Shown piece after piece: positions 1-10,168 of a stretch of DNA of 64,000 bases. The position numbers and the translations under genes are program-made. Positions within the stretch are counted from its first letter, which is position 1, and every line of letters starts with the position of its first letter. Origin of the DNA: Octopus sinensis (taxonomy: Eukaryota); NCBI RefSeq assembly GCF_006345805.1, contig NW_021831752.1, positions 62,001 through 126,000 of the forward strand, in the 5' to 3' direction. The notes beneath the pieces are model-generated. The model saw only the letters and a list, made by a program, of their open reading frames with translations, did not search any database and was not told the origin of the DNA.

Positions 1-78
1 TAGCTTTATTTGGGTATTTATTAGAAAAGAAAACTACAATACATTTTTAAACTTGTAAGCCAACTATTATCAAGAATT
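1..78. repeat. Copy of the TRIM37 upstream module (matches 6534-6610 and partly 7405-7460)
   Basis: tttatttgggtattta...gaaaactacaatacat...aagccaactattatcaagaatt is near-identical at 1-78 and 6534-6610; the aagccaactattatcaag core recurs at ~7408. Confidence 0.85.
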
Positions 79-89
79 GTAAGTCATAT

Positions 90-225
90 ATTGCAATTTT
101 TTCATTCACACACTTTGTAACCAGTTTGTACAAACATGGCATACATGTGATCGGTCTGAGGTCCTTGGGGTCAATAGAGGTTGCTTTCTTTGGGATCAGG
201 TATGTGATTCCAAAATGAAAACATT
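90..225 (-). mobile_element. Non-LTR retrotransposon RT fragment (R4/NeSL-like)
   Basis: Minus strand reads GITYLIPKKATSIDPKDLRPITCMPCLYKLVTKCVNEKI, the LIPK..RPIT..YKL motif at the start of non-LTR RT. Confidence 0.7.
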
Positions 226-492
226 ATATTGCCTAAATTAAAATAATTTTTTTAATGAACACTTACAGCATGGATTGATCAGGCTATTTGATATATTTAT
301 AGCACGGAAATTTATTGCGAGATGAAAATATAATTTAGTACGACGTGTTCTTATAATATACTAGCTCAGCAGTTCGCTTCGCTCACTGCGAGCTAGCTCC
401 TGCGGAGGCCCTGCTCGCTACGCTCGCAGTTTCCTTAAATAACTAAATTTATGTAGATATATAAATGCGACCTGCTTTGATATAACCTTATT

Positions 493-1295
493 CTAAGGCC
501 TGTGGATAAACGATGTTTGCAGTCCGTCCATCCTTGGCAAATATAAATAAATTTCTCTTCTACCTACCCTTGAGCACCCCACATACAGCTGGCCATGTGA
601 AAAGCACTCGTTCTCTAAAAATAAGCCTACTACCTTAAAGACTGTCCCTGGGCCTTGTTTATTGTCATAGCAAAACTTATTCAGCGGAAATTGTAGTCTC
701 TTAAATCTATCGCAGGCCCTTTCATGGTCCATAATAACGTCGACCGATTATATATTCTTTCTCTGCCAGGGATTTTCATTAATAAATCTAAATTTATATT
801 AAGTACCTCATCATTAAGTGGAGCTAATATAGCTCGTTCACGCAGCCAGTCGAAATTCACGTAGTGTTCAGATAGTTCGGAATAGACGGCATTCAATAAT
901 TCTTCTGCTGTTTCTACGAAAATACATAATTCTTCCGGTAGCCTAATTTTCTGGTCGTGCATTTCTGAAGTGATTGCCCCATTTCCAATATCTAGAAGGA
1001 TTTGTGGGAATATGCTATTAACGCCTTGTAAATGTGCATGTACATTTACATCTAAGCTTACCTTTTTCACGTGTGTCCACAAATATGACGATTTGAGGCA
1101 GGCATTCAATTCATCCGCAGGCGTCCCTCTTTGAATATTTGGCAGCGTCTGTCTAAAATCACCTGCCAATACAACTAATGCTCCCCCAAACAAATGGTCG
1201 CTACAATTCTTGATATCTATATGTTCGGTCAACTGCTTGAATGCGCCTTTATGAGCCATCGTACATTCATCCCAAACAATTAACCTAGAATGCAT
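493..1295 (-). pseudogene. Helitron RepHel helicase C-terminal fragment, frameshifted and internally deleted
   Basis: LIVWDECTMAHK, LFGGALVVLAGDFRQTLP, RAILAPLN, FKRLQFP, ECFSHGQLYVGCSRVG; frame change near 700 and the middle helicase motifs are absent. Confidence 0.9.
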
Positions 1296-1954
1296 AATTC
1301 TATTACCCGTAGTTGAGTCTAACAGCAGTCCTGACCTTGTTCAGCTGTTGTCTAAGTTCCCTCACCATTTAAGCACATCTTCCCTCGTTTCTCTTTTTTT
1401 GTTATATGGTTCATATTCTCTTGTTTGTTAACATTCTCAGATCTCTCTTTATAGGACATGCTTATGATTTTGTAAACGCGAATCAGTAATTTATATTAAA
1501 TTTTCTACGTAAATTTATTTAGTGAAATTTATGTAAAGTGTATTATCCAATCAAAGCCATTATACTTAATTGCCTCTATGTTTAAAGGAATTGAAACTTT
1601 AGCATAATCGAACTTGTCTGTTTCGGTAAAGAAAATGATAATCAGCTTCATCTTTGTAGTATTATAAGGAAAAAAATTAAAGCCTGTTAAATCAAGGAGA
1701 TTTAAATATAGGCAAATTGAAATTTACATGACTAATTTAAATTTTATTTGCCTCTATCTTTTAAGAAATCTAAACAGTAGCATAATCGAATTTGTCAGTT
1801 TCGGCAATTAAAAAGAATCAATTATGTAAATCTCTAATAATTTTTGCTTTTTTCCTTTTTAGTGGTTTTCAAAAAATCTGATAATTGCACAGTCTATTCA
1901 TGGTCGATAACAATTAGAGCTTTTATTTTATTTTTTTTAACGAAAATTTAACAA

Positions 1955-4108
1955 AAAAGAATTATGTCATCGAAAAAGATAGCTAAGCTAATTAATGGCC
2001 TCACGAGGCTTGAAGGTTGTGGAGGACCTCATCATGTGAGTCGAGGACTTTCTTGTCGTTCATTTTAACAAAAACGCAGAAAATATTTTTTTTTAATTTT
2101 TGGGCTTGAAGGTTTTGGGGGACCACATCATGTGAGTCGAGGACTTTCTTGTTGTTCATTTAACAAAAACGCAGAAAATAATTTTTTTTCAAAAAGAATT
2201 ATGTCATCGAAAAAGATAGCTAAGCTAATTAATGGCCTCACGAGGCTTGAAGGTTGTGGAGGACCTCATCATGTGAGTCGAGGACTTTCTTGTCGTTCAT
2301 TTTAACAAAAACGCAGAAAATATTTTTTTTTAATTTTTGGGCTTGAAGGTTTTGGGGACCACATCATGTGAGTCGAGGACTTTCTTGTTGTTCTTTTAAC
2401 AAAAACGCAGAAAATAATTTTTTTTAATTTTTTGGCTTGAAGGTTTTGAGGGACCACATCATGTGAGTCGAGGACTTTCTTGTTGTTCATTTTAAAAAAA
2501 ACGCAGAAAATAATTTTTTTTAATTTTTTGGCTTGAAGGTTTTGAGGGACCACATCATGTGAGTCGAGGACTTTCTTGTTGTTCATTTTAACAAAAACGC
2601 AGAAAATAATTTTTTTAATTTTTTGGCTTGAAGGTTTTGGGGACCACATCATGTGAGTCGAGGACTTTCTTGTTGTTCATTTTAACAAAAACGCAGAAAA
2701 TAATTTTTTAATTTTTTGGCTTGAAGGTTTTGGGGACCACATCATGTGAGTCGAGGACTTTCTTGTTGTTCATTTTAACAAAAACGCAGAAAATAATTTT
2801 TTTAATTTTTTGCTTGAAGGTTTTGGGGGACCACATCATGTGAGTCGAGGACTTTCTTGTTGTTCATTTTAACAAAAACGCAGAAAATAATTTTTTTAAT
2901 TTTTGGGCTTGAAGGTTTTGGGGGACCACATCATGTGAGTCGAGGACTTTCTTGTTGTTCATTTTAACAAAAACGCAGAAAATAATTTTTTTTATTTTTT
3001 GGCTTGAAGGTTTGGGGGACCACATCATGTGAGTCGAGGACTTTCTTGTTGTTCATTTTAACAAAAACGCAGAAAATAATTTTTTTAATTTTTTGGCTTG
3101 AAGGTTTTGGGGGACCACATCATGTGAGTCGAGGACTTTCTTGTTGTTCATTTTAACAAAAACGCAGAAAATAATTTTTTTAATTTTTTGGCTTGAAGGT
3201 TTTGGGGGACCACATCATGTGAGTCGAGGACTTTCTTGTTGTTCATTTTAACAAAAACGCAGAAAATAATTTTTTTAATTTTTTGGCTTGAAGGTTTTGG
3301 GGACCACATCATGTGAGTCGAGGACTTTCTTGTTGTTCATTTTAACAAAAACGCAGAAAATATTTTTTTTTAATTTTTTGGCTTGAAGGTTTTGGGGGAC
3401 CACATCATGTGAGTCGAGGACTTTCTTGTTGTTCATTTAACAAAAACGCAGAAAATAATTTTTTTTTTTCAAAAAAGAATTTATGTCATCGAAAAAGATA
3501 GCTAAGCTAATTAATGGCCTCACGAGGCTTGAAGTTTGTGGGAGGACCACATCATGTGAGTCGAGGACTTTCTTTTGTTCATTTTAACAAAAACGCAGAA
3601 AATAATTTTTTTAATTTTTTGGCTTGAAGGTTTTGGGGGACCACATCATGTGAGTCGAGGACTTTCTTGTTGTTCATTTTAACAAAAACGCAGAAAATAA
3701 TTTTTTTAATTTTTTGGCTTGAAGGTTTTGGGGACCACATCATGTGAGTCGAGGACTTTCTTGTTGTTCATTTTAACAAAAACGCAGAAAATAATTTTTT
3801 TAATTTTTTGGCTTGAAGGTTTTGGGGGACCACATCATGTGAGTCGAGGACTTTCTTGTTGTTCATTTTAACAAAAACGCAGAAAAATTTTTTTTTAATT
3901 TTTGGGCTTGAAGGTTTTGGGGACCACATCATGTGAGTCGAGGACTTTCTTGTTGTTCATTTTAACAAAAACGCAGAAAATAATTTTTTTTAATTTTTTG
4001 GCTTGAAGGTTTTGGGGGACCACATCATGTGAGTCGAGGACTTTCTTGTTGTTCATTTTAACAAAAACGCAGAAAATTGACTTGAAGGTTTTGGGGGACC
4101 TCATCATC
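1955..4108. repeat. Tandem satellite, ~95-bp unit, ~21 full copies plus one partial, with three copies of a ~52-bp insert
   Basis: Unit ggcttgaaggttttggggaccacatcatgtgagtcgaggactttcttgttgttcattttaacaaaaacgcagaaaataat(t)n aa(t)n starts at ~2007, 2103, 2244, 2340, 2434 ... 4000, 4080; insert aaaaagaattatgtcatcgaaaaagatagctaagctaattaatggcctcacga at ~1955, 2191, 3472. Confidence 0.97.
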
Positions 4109-4252
4109 GAGGATATTCTTTCTTATTAAAATTTTTTGACAGGAAGGTTCTTAGAGGATATCAACCTTTTATTGTGCCTCATTATCGAATAACTACAAAA
4201 GGGAAGGTTTTGACAATTTGATCTGGTTTGTAACAATTTGAATGTGGGTGTG

Positions 4253-4297
4253 CACAGACAGACAGACAGACAGACACACAGACAGACAGACACACAC
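4253..4297. repeat. (CAGA)n/(CA)n microsatellite near the putative Helitron 5' end
   Basis: cagacagacagacagacagacacacagacagacagacacacac. Confidence 0.9.
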
Positions 4298-4538
4298 CAT
4301 ACCATTTTATTATTAAGAAGTAAAATCAATGAATACAACTTTTGGTGTAAAATTCGGAATGTGCAATTTCCGATGTATATTTCTGGTAGCTTTAAAAAGG
4401 ATATTAAAGACCAAATCAGTTAAATCACTATTTAAAAAAATTTTAAGTTTACGACGAGAAAATATATGAAAAAGTAACTATAATTTTTTTCTGAAAAAAT
4501 AATTTATGGAGCACGAAAGAAAAGATGAGTGATTTTAT

Positions 4539-6260
4539 TTAAAGCAAGTTAAGACATGTCTGGCTGAGCTCTAAAGTAATAAACCCCAAAATGAACAAAT
4601 TATCATATTCCATTGGCTCTTCCCCCGTAGAAAACTCAGAATACATCTCATCGGTCAACTCATCTTCCGTTGCCGTCGTCGTGTTAATCCACCTGGTGAC
4701 ATCCGACACACAAATGTCATGCACATCCCCGGTGACTGTCAAACCCAATCCGATCATGACATCTCGATCCCTCTCACCCCCCTACGCAATCCCCAAACTA
4801 AACCATACAAAACTATTCTTGGGAGTGCTAGCATCCTCGAGTCTCTTAATATAACTAGAGTGGTTAACCAAACATCAACTTTTCAAGAATGACGCATTTA
4901 TTGTAGTAAGAAGGGGACCGCACGTGGAATAGAAATGTGAGGGCGTCGTCTTGAATGAACCCGCTGTTCTCAAGTCGACTCAGCCGACAAAACCGAGTAT
5001 ATCCCCAGCATTCCCCAACTTCAAAATCAGACGTATAAACACGGGAAATATTTCTGCTCCCGTTTTCGTTCAAAAGTTCAAGTTTATACTCAAATCTGCA
5101 AAAATGGACAAAAACAGACTTGGACATTCCACGCAGTCCGCTGGTCAATTCTATAAAAACCGACAAAAAACTTCCTTCGACGTCACCATTCCCGCTCTTA
5201 TTGTAAACGCGGGAAAACTACCGGATACACCTTCAATCTCCATCCAAGTCCATTCGCATACAAAATATCGGAAAAAATGGCATGGGAAAAGTTCTTGACT
5301 TGGGAAAAGTTAGCGAGGACAAATCTCTGACTGTCGAACTGAGGAATACACTCACTGAAGACTGCAAGTGGGACAGTACCTCACGAAGTCCTTCATTATC
5401 ATTTCAGACGACTGAATTGGTGGAGGTCGTTTCACATGTGACTTGAGGAATGACTCAATGCCAGAAGAATCAGACACAAGTTGAATGTGTGTCGATGATT
5501 TGAGTTGTTCTTCCGCCTCGTTGATGAATCCATTCAGCGATTCGATTTTGGCATTAATTCCAAACGACATTTCTAATAGTGCTGTACAGAAAGGGGACCA
5601 TTCAGTTCTTCCAACTTGGCAGTCTGCACTCGGTCGAGTCTCTCGAGAGTGTTGGTGATCAAATTCCGCATGTCCTTCAAATGAAGTACTTTCACGTCCT
5701 TCACTTGCTCGTTGTAACTTGCCTGAATGGTTATTCGAATGAACTACGATTTGGGACAACTGCAGTTCGAGTTGCTGCACGACTTGACTGACATTGTTGA
5801 TTTGCAGTCGGATCCTGGCCCTGGCATCGATGTACACATCCTCCAAGGGACGGAAGTCGTGGTCCTTGTGATCGGACGCCCACAGTGCACAGTACTGACA
5901 CACCGACCGTTCACACGTCTGGCAGTAAATTTTTTTCTTCTTTCCGTGGTCTCACATCTTCAAATTATAAAAATGGAGTACAAATCAGGCGAGTCTTTGG
6001 GGGTTTCGCACATTATTTTGAGTTGGCCGATGACGTCTTCTGCCCATCTGCATTTGATTAGATCGTCCGGTACGAGGTTATTTCTTTAGGGTTAAGACAA
6101 CATGGAACCGGCAATGGGGACAAGAATTATGACAACCCTCGAGCCATGTTCGTATGCATTGATAACAACACATTTTAGAGCAGTGTGGACATAGAACAGC
6201 GTTGTTTAGGTTCTGCATACATATAAAGCAGTTAAATATTTCTGGTATGTTTTGTGTCAT
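4539..6260 (-). CDS. TRIM37: E3 ligase TRIM37 (RING, B-box, coiled coil, MATH), copy 1; one apparent -1 frameshift at ~5948
   Basis: CFICMQNLNNAVLCPHCSKMCC, CRWAEDV, CQYCALW, GLGWRLKVYP, SDFEVGECWGYTRF, HVRSPSY; nine 24-27-nt GT-AG introns restore the frame; gtggt at 5946-5950 versus gtgggt in copy 2. Confidence 0.9.
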
Positions 6261-6629
6261 TTCTGATGATCTAAAATGTTGATTTATATAAACTATACAA
6301 GTACAATTATGTAACCAAATATAGTTAGATAACCAAAGATTGATTCATTAATTCCTTAGTTTTATTTGTTAAATTTAAATTTAATTGATATAAATAATAA
6401 ATAAATTTATTTAAAAAATTTGGCCGTTGAATTAATCTTTAATAGATTAAATCTCTTGTATAAAAAAGCATCAAATTTCTCTGATAAAGCAATAAAATAT
6501 TTTTCTAAATTATTAAAAATTGGATTGGTCGTTTAGGTTTATTTGGGTATTTATAAGGAAAGAAAACTACAATACATCATTAAACTTTAAGCCAACTATT
6601 ATCAAGAATTTTCAGAAATCATAAATTAA

Positions 6630-7300
6630 TTAAATTTTCTTCAGTTTTTCCAACATAGCAGTCTGCACACGGTCGAGTCTCATGAGAGTGATGCTAAACA
6701 AGTTTCGCATGTTTTTCAAATGAAGTAGTTTCACGTACCTCACTAGCTCGTTGTAACTTGCCTGAATAGTTATTCAAATGAACTACGATTTGGGACAACA
6801 GCAGTTCGAGTTGCTGCACGAATCGACAGATATTGTTTATTTGCAGTCGGATCCTGGCCCTGGCGTCGATGTACACGTCCTCCAAAGGACGGAAGTTTTT
6901 GTCCTTGTGATCGGACTCCCACAGTGCACAGTAATGACATACCGACTGTTTGCACGTCAGGCAGTAAATCTTTTTCTTCTTTCCGTGGGTCTCACATCTT
7001 CAAATTATAAAAATAAAGTACAAATCAGGGGAGTCTTTGGGGGTTTCGCACATTATTTTGAGTTGGCCAATAACGTCTTCTGCCCATCTGCATTTGATTA
7101 GATCTTTCGCTACGAGTTTATTTCTTTAAGATTAAGACAACATGGAACCGGCAATGCGGACAAGAATTATGACAACCCTCGAGCCATGTTCGTATGCATT
7201 GATAACAACACATTTTAGAGCAGTGTGAGCATAGAACAGCGTTGTTTAGGGTCTGCATACATATAAAGCAGTTAAATATTTCTGGTATGTTTTGTGTCAT
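6630..7300 (-). CDS. TRIM37: TRIM37 tandem copy 2, truncated after partial coiled coil (no MATH domain); reading frame intact
   Basis: Near-identical RING and B-box with the same three introns (25, 24, 25 nt); ends ...TAMLEKLKKI* where it runs into the upstream module of copy 1. Confidence 0.8.
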
Positions 7301-7627
7301 CTCCGATGATCTAATATGTTGATTTATATAATCTATACAAGTAAAATTATGTAACCAAATAGTTAGATAACAAAAGATCGATTCGTCAATTCCTTTCATT
7401 CTCTTGTAAGCCAACTATTATCAAGCATTTCCAGAAAATCATAAATTAATTAAATTTCCTTTTACATCCTTCCACATTGCTCCGTCCAGACTCAACTGCT
7501 TTGGGGGATTACTTGGAGAGTCCATGTCTTTGGAGTCTTATTCTCGATAGATCTTCAGTAAATTGACGAAAAATGCATTACAAATAAATAATTTGTTAAA
7601 AAAGTTAATATTTATTATTATATCAAA

Positions 7628-8950
7628 TTAGGGGTCTAGGCCTTCAACATAATGATCACAGACGACATTATACCAGTTGTCATCATCGTGTCGTATAAAT
7701 GTTCTCGATCGAAGTGTTATGCGACAATCTTTCCCCAATCTGCCCTCAAACTTTTTTTCGCAAAGATATTTCTTTGGGGGATTTTCATTGTAATTAAACG
7801 AAAATGTAGTTTCGAAATTATTCTCAACTCCGTCATATATTTTCCTTTCATTTTTATTTTCTTTTTTGGAATAAAAAAGTGGACCAATTCTCGAGGTATG
7901 TTCTTCTTCATCGGTACTAAACAACTCTTCAATTTTAGTTTTGTAAGGTATTTTTGGTCCTTTAACTAAATTTTGGTTCGTCTGAGTAAAAGAAGGTTTG
8001 TTTTTGAACAAATTGTCTTGATTACAGCCATACAAGGTGTCAATTTTTGAATTTTCATTATTCTCGTTGATTGATTTCGTTGAATATTGCTGTTTTTTAG
8101 TAATTTCCTGTTCAGTTAATTTGTCTCTAGTAATTTTTGATGGCAAACATGTATCTCTAAAATAGAGTTGATAATTGTCAATTGTTGAATTTTTATTATT
8201 TTCGTCGATTGATTTCGTTGAATACTTTTGGTTTTTGTTAATTTCCTGTTCAGTTATTTTGTTTCTGGTAATTTTTGATCCCAACCACGTATCCTCAGAA
8301 TAAAGTTGATGATTGTCGATTTTTGACGTTGTCATTGGTTGATTAATTTCATTGGTTGATTTTGATAAATATTGTGGGTTTTTTGTAATTTTTTGTTCAG
8401 TTAATGTGTCTCTGGTAATTTTTAATGGCGAACATGTATCTCTATTATAAACCTGATGATTGTCAATGTTTGAATATGTATTAATTTCTTTCGATAATTT
8501 TGATAAATATTGTGGTTTTTTTGTAATTTTTTGTTCAGTTACTATTTCACTGGTATTTTTTGATGGCAAACGTGTATCTCTAGAATAGAGTTGATGATTA
8601 AAATTGTATTGTTTCTGAACAGTAAGTTTGTCGTTAAGTTTGTTGAAATTGACAGTGTTTGTATTATTAACTTGAGTGTCTGGTAAATTTATGGACTTTA
8701 TTAGTTTTTCAGAAATAAAATAAGTATTTTTTATGATAAAAAAATATATGCCACTTCCACTAGGACACAACTCATTGCAATCAAGGAGAAGTCCGTTTGG
8801 ACGTACAAGAAAAGCATCTATTGCTGACAAACTCCATTTCGTTGCGGTTCCGTCAGTATTGTACAGGATGAGGCAGTTATGGCCAATATCTAACTTTTTG
8901 AATTTGTCAAAATAGTTTGTTCTCTTTTTTCTACTTGTTTCCATTTCCAA
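7628..8950 (-). CDS. 440-aa intronless ORF: IRS/FRS2/DOK-type PTB-like N-terminus plus four 46-49-aa Tyr-containing repeats
   Basis: KWSLSAIDAF...CPSGSGIYFFIIKN resembles the PTB W...C.TG.GIF.F pattern; repeats DNHQ(L/V)Y.(R/E)DT..PSKIT...TEQ.I.K..QY..K. Confidence 0.55.
   Translation of the reverse strand: MEMETSRKKRTNYFDKFKKLDIGHNCLILYNTDGTATKWSLSAIDAFLVRPNGLLLDCNELCPSGSGIYFFIIKNTYFISEKLIKSINLPDTQVNNTNTVNFNKLNDKLTVQKQYNFNHQLYSRDTRLPSKNTSEIVTEQKITKKPQYLSKLSKEINTYSNIDNHQVYNRDTCSPLKITRDTLTEQKITKNPQYLSKSTNEINQPMTTSKIDNHQLYSEDTWLGSKITRNKITEQEINKNQKYSTKSIDENNKNSTIDNYQLYFRDTCLPSKITRDKLTEQEITKKQQYSTKSINENNENSKIDTLYGCNQDNLFKNKPSFTQTNQNLVKGPKIPYKTKIEELFSTDEEEHTSRIGPLFYSKKENKNERKIYDGVENNFETTFSFNYNENPPKKYLCEKKFEGRLGKDCRITLRSRTFIRHDDDNWYNVVCDHYVEGLDP
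8045..8600 (-). repeat. Coding tandem repeat, four units of ~138-147 bp
   Basis: NHQLYSRDTRLPSK / DNHQVYNRDTCSPLK / DNHQLYSEDTWLGSK / DNYQLYFRDTCLPSK. Confidence 0.85.
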
Positions 8951-10168
8951 ATTGGTTCTAAAATAAAAAGCACTTGAAGATAATATTTATAATCAATATA
9001 TAAAAAAAATAATAAAGTGTTCGCAAATAAACGCATGACAACCATTATCTCAATCAAGTTGCGGCAATCAATAGCTTATTAAGTCGAATAGGCCGCAAAT
9101 ACGTAATGATTTGACATTGAAACCACAATTTGAAATTTGAAATTGTCAGCATATTTTGTGTTTATTGGATTTTATGATCTATTTGAATGAAAGTCGAGAA
9201 AACACCAGGGCTAGGCGAAAAGATTTTTATGTAGTTTTTTCACTTACGGAAAATAAAATTTATCAAAAATTATTACATTTGTCGGTATTCAATTTCGTTA
9301 AATTTTTAATTCTTAGTCAATAATTTTTGTTTATATTGTTATATTTCACCTCACACATACCGCTGGAAAAATTACCTAATATGCGTAAAAATATTAAATC
9401 AAGTAAAAATGATTTATCTTCCACCTAATCTGAAAATTTTTAATCAGCTGCGTTAATAATTACAGAAATGCGTCAATGTACAACATCTGGCTTTGCTACG
9501 CTGATCTGTTTTTAGAGTACTTGTCATACCAATAAAGAGGTTTGTTTTCCTGAACAGACATGGATGGTACTTCATTTTCTGGCAATTTTTTTCAATGTTT
9601 ATTAAATATTGGTAACTAGATAATTTTTTCCTTTTTTAACTTTTTTGCTTGTCAGATGTGTAATTTCTGATTTTGACTTTTTCGAGAAAAGTTAGACCAA
9701 ATTATATTAACAAGCTTTTTAATGAAATATGCTTTGTTATAAGTTTTTTGTGGTGGTATTTAATTAATAATTTTTAGAAAAATACCTCAAATTTAATTTG
9801 ATATTAACCCAAAAATTGATTTGTAGTTAGGTGAAAATCCTCTGTATTTCTTGCTTTTCTTGCAGCCAACACAAACTGAGTTTCTTTTCAAGAATTAGAA
9901 AAAAAACTTTTTGCATGTATTAAACGTTTGGTGTTTCTTTCAAATAGACCTCGTGACGCCATGGTTAATTAGCCAAGGAAAATGTAAGAAATGAGCTTTT
10001 TTATTATATTTTTGATTGCTCTGGTATATGCGACAATTATCATTGCATAAGACTAAGACCTAGTCACTAGGCTATAAAATTCATTTGACTAAAAAATTGA
10101 ACAAAAAATATTCAACTTTATTGGATAAAATATTCAATGGCTTCATCCATAAAAAATATTTTGTACAA

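Larger units (their letters stand above)
361..4318 (-). mobile_element. Internally deleted Helitron with internal satellite array
   Basis: 3' end: GCGAAGC-type hairpins then CTAG|T at 361; partial PIF1-like helicase 493-1295; putative 5' end TCTTAATAATAAAA at ~4318 followed by a (CTGT)n run. The 5' flank is T rather than the canonical A, so that boundary is tentative. Confidence 0.65.

Noticed and set aside
2302-4107. Repeat-protein ORFs (MNNKKVLDSHDVVP...)
   Set aside because: Arise only where unit length is a multiple of 3; frames break at variable homopolymers
1955-4108. CRISPR-like array (regular repeats with small palindromes)
   Set aside because: Units are head-to-tail copies with no unique spacers, there are no cas genes, and the context is eukaryotic
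9400-9600. Possible piggyBac-like remnant on the minus strand
   Set aside because: Only a weak ..WYDK.. resemblance with multiple stops; no TIR or TTAA support
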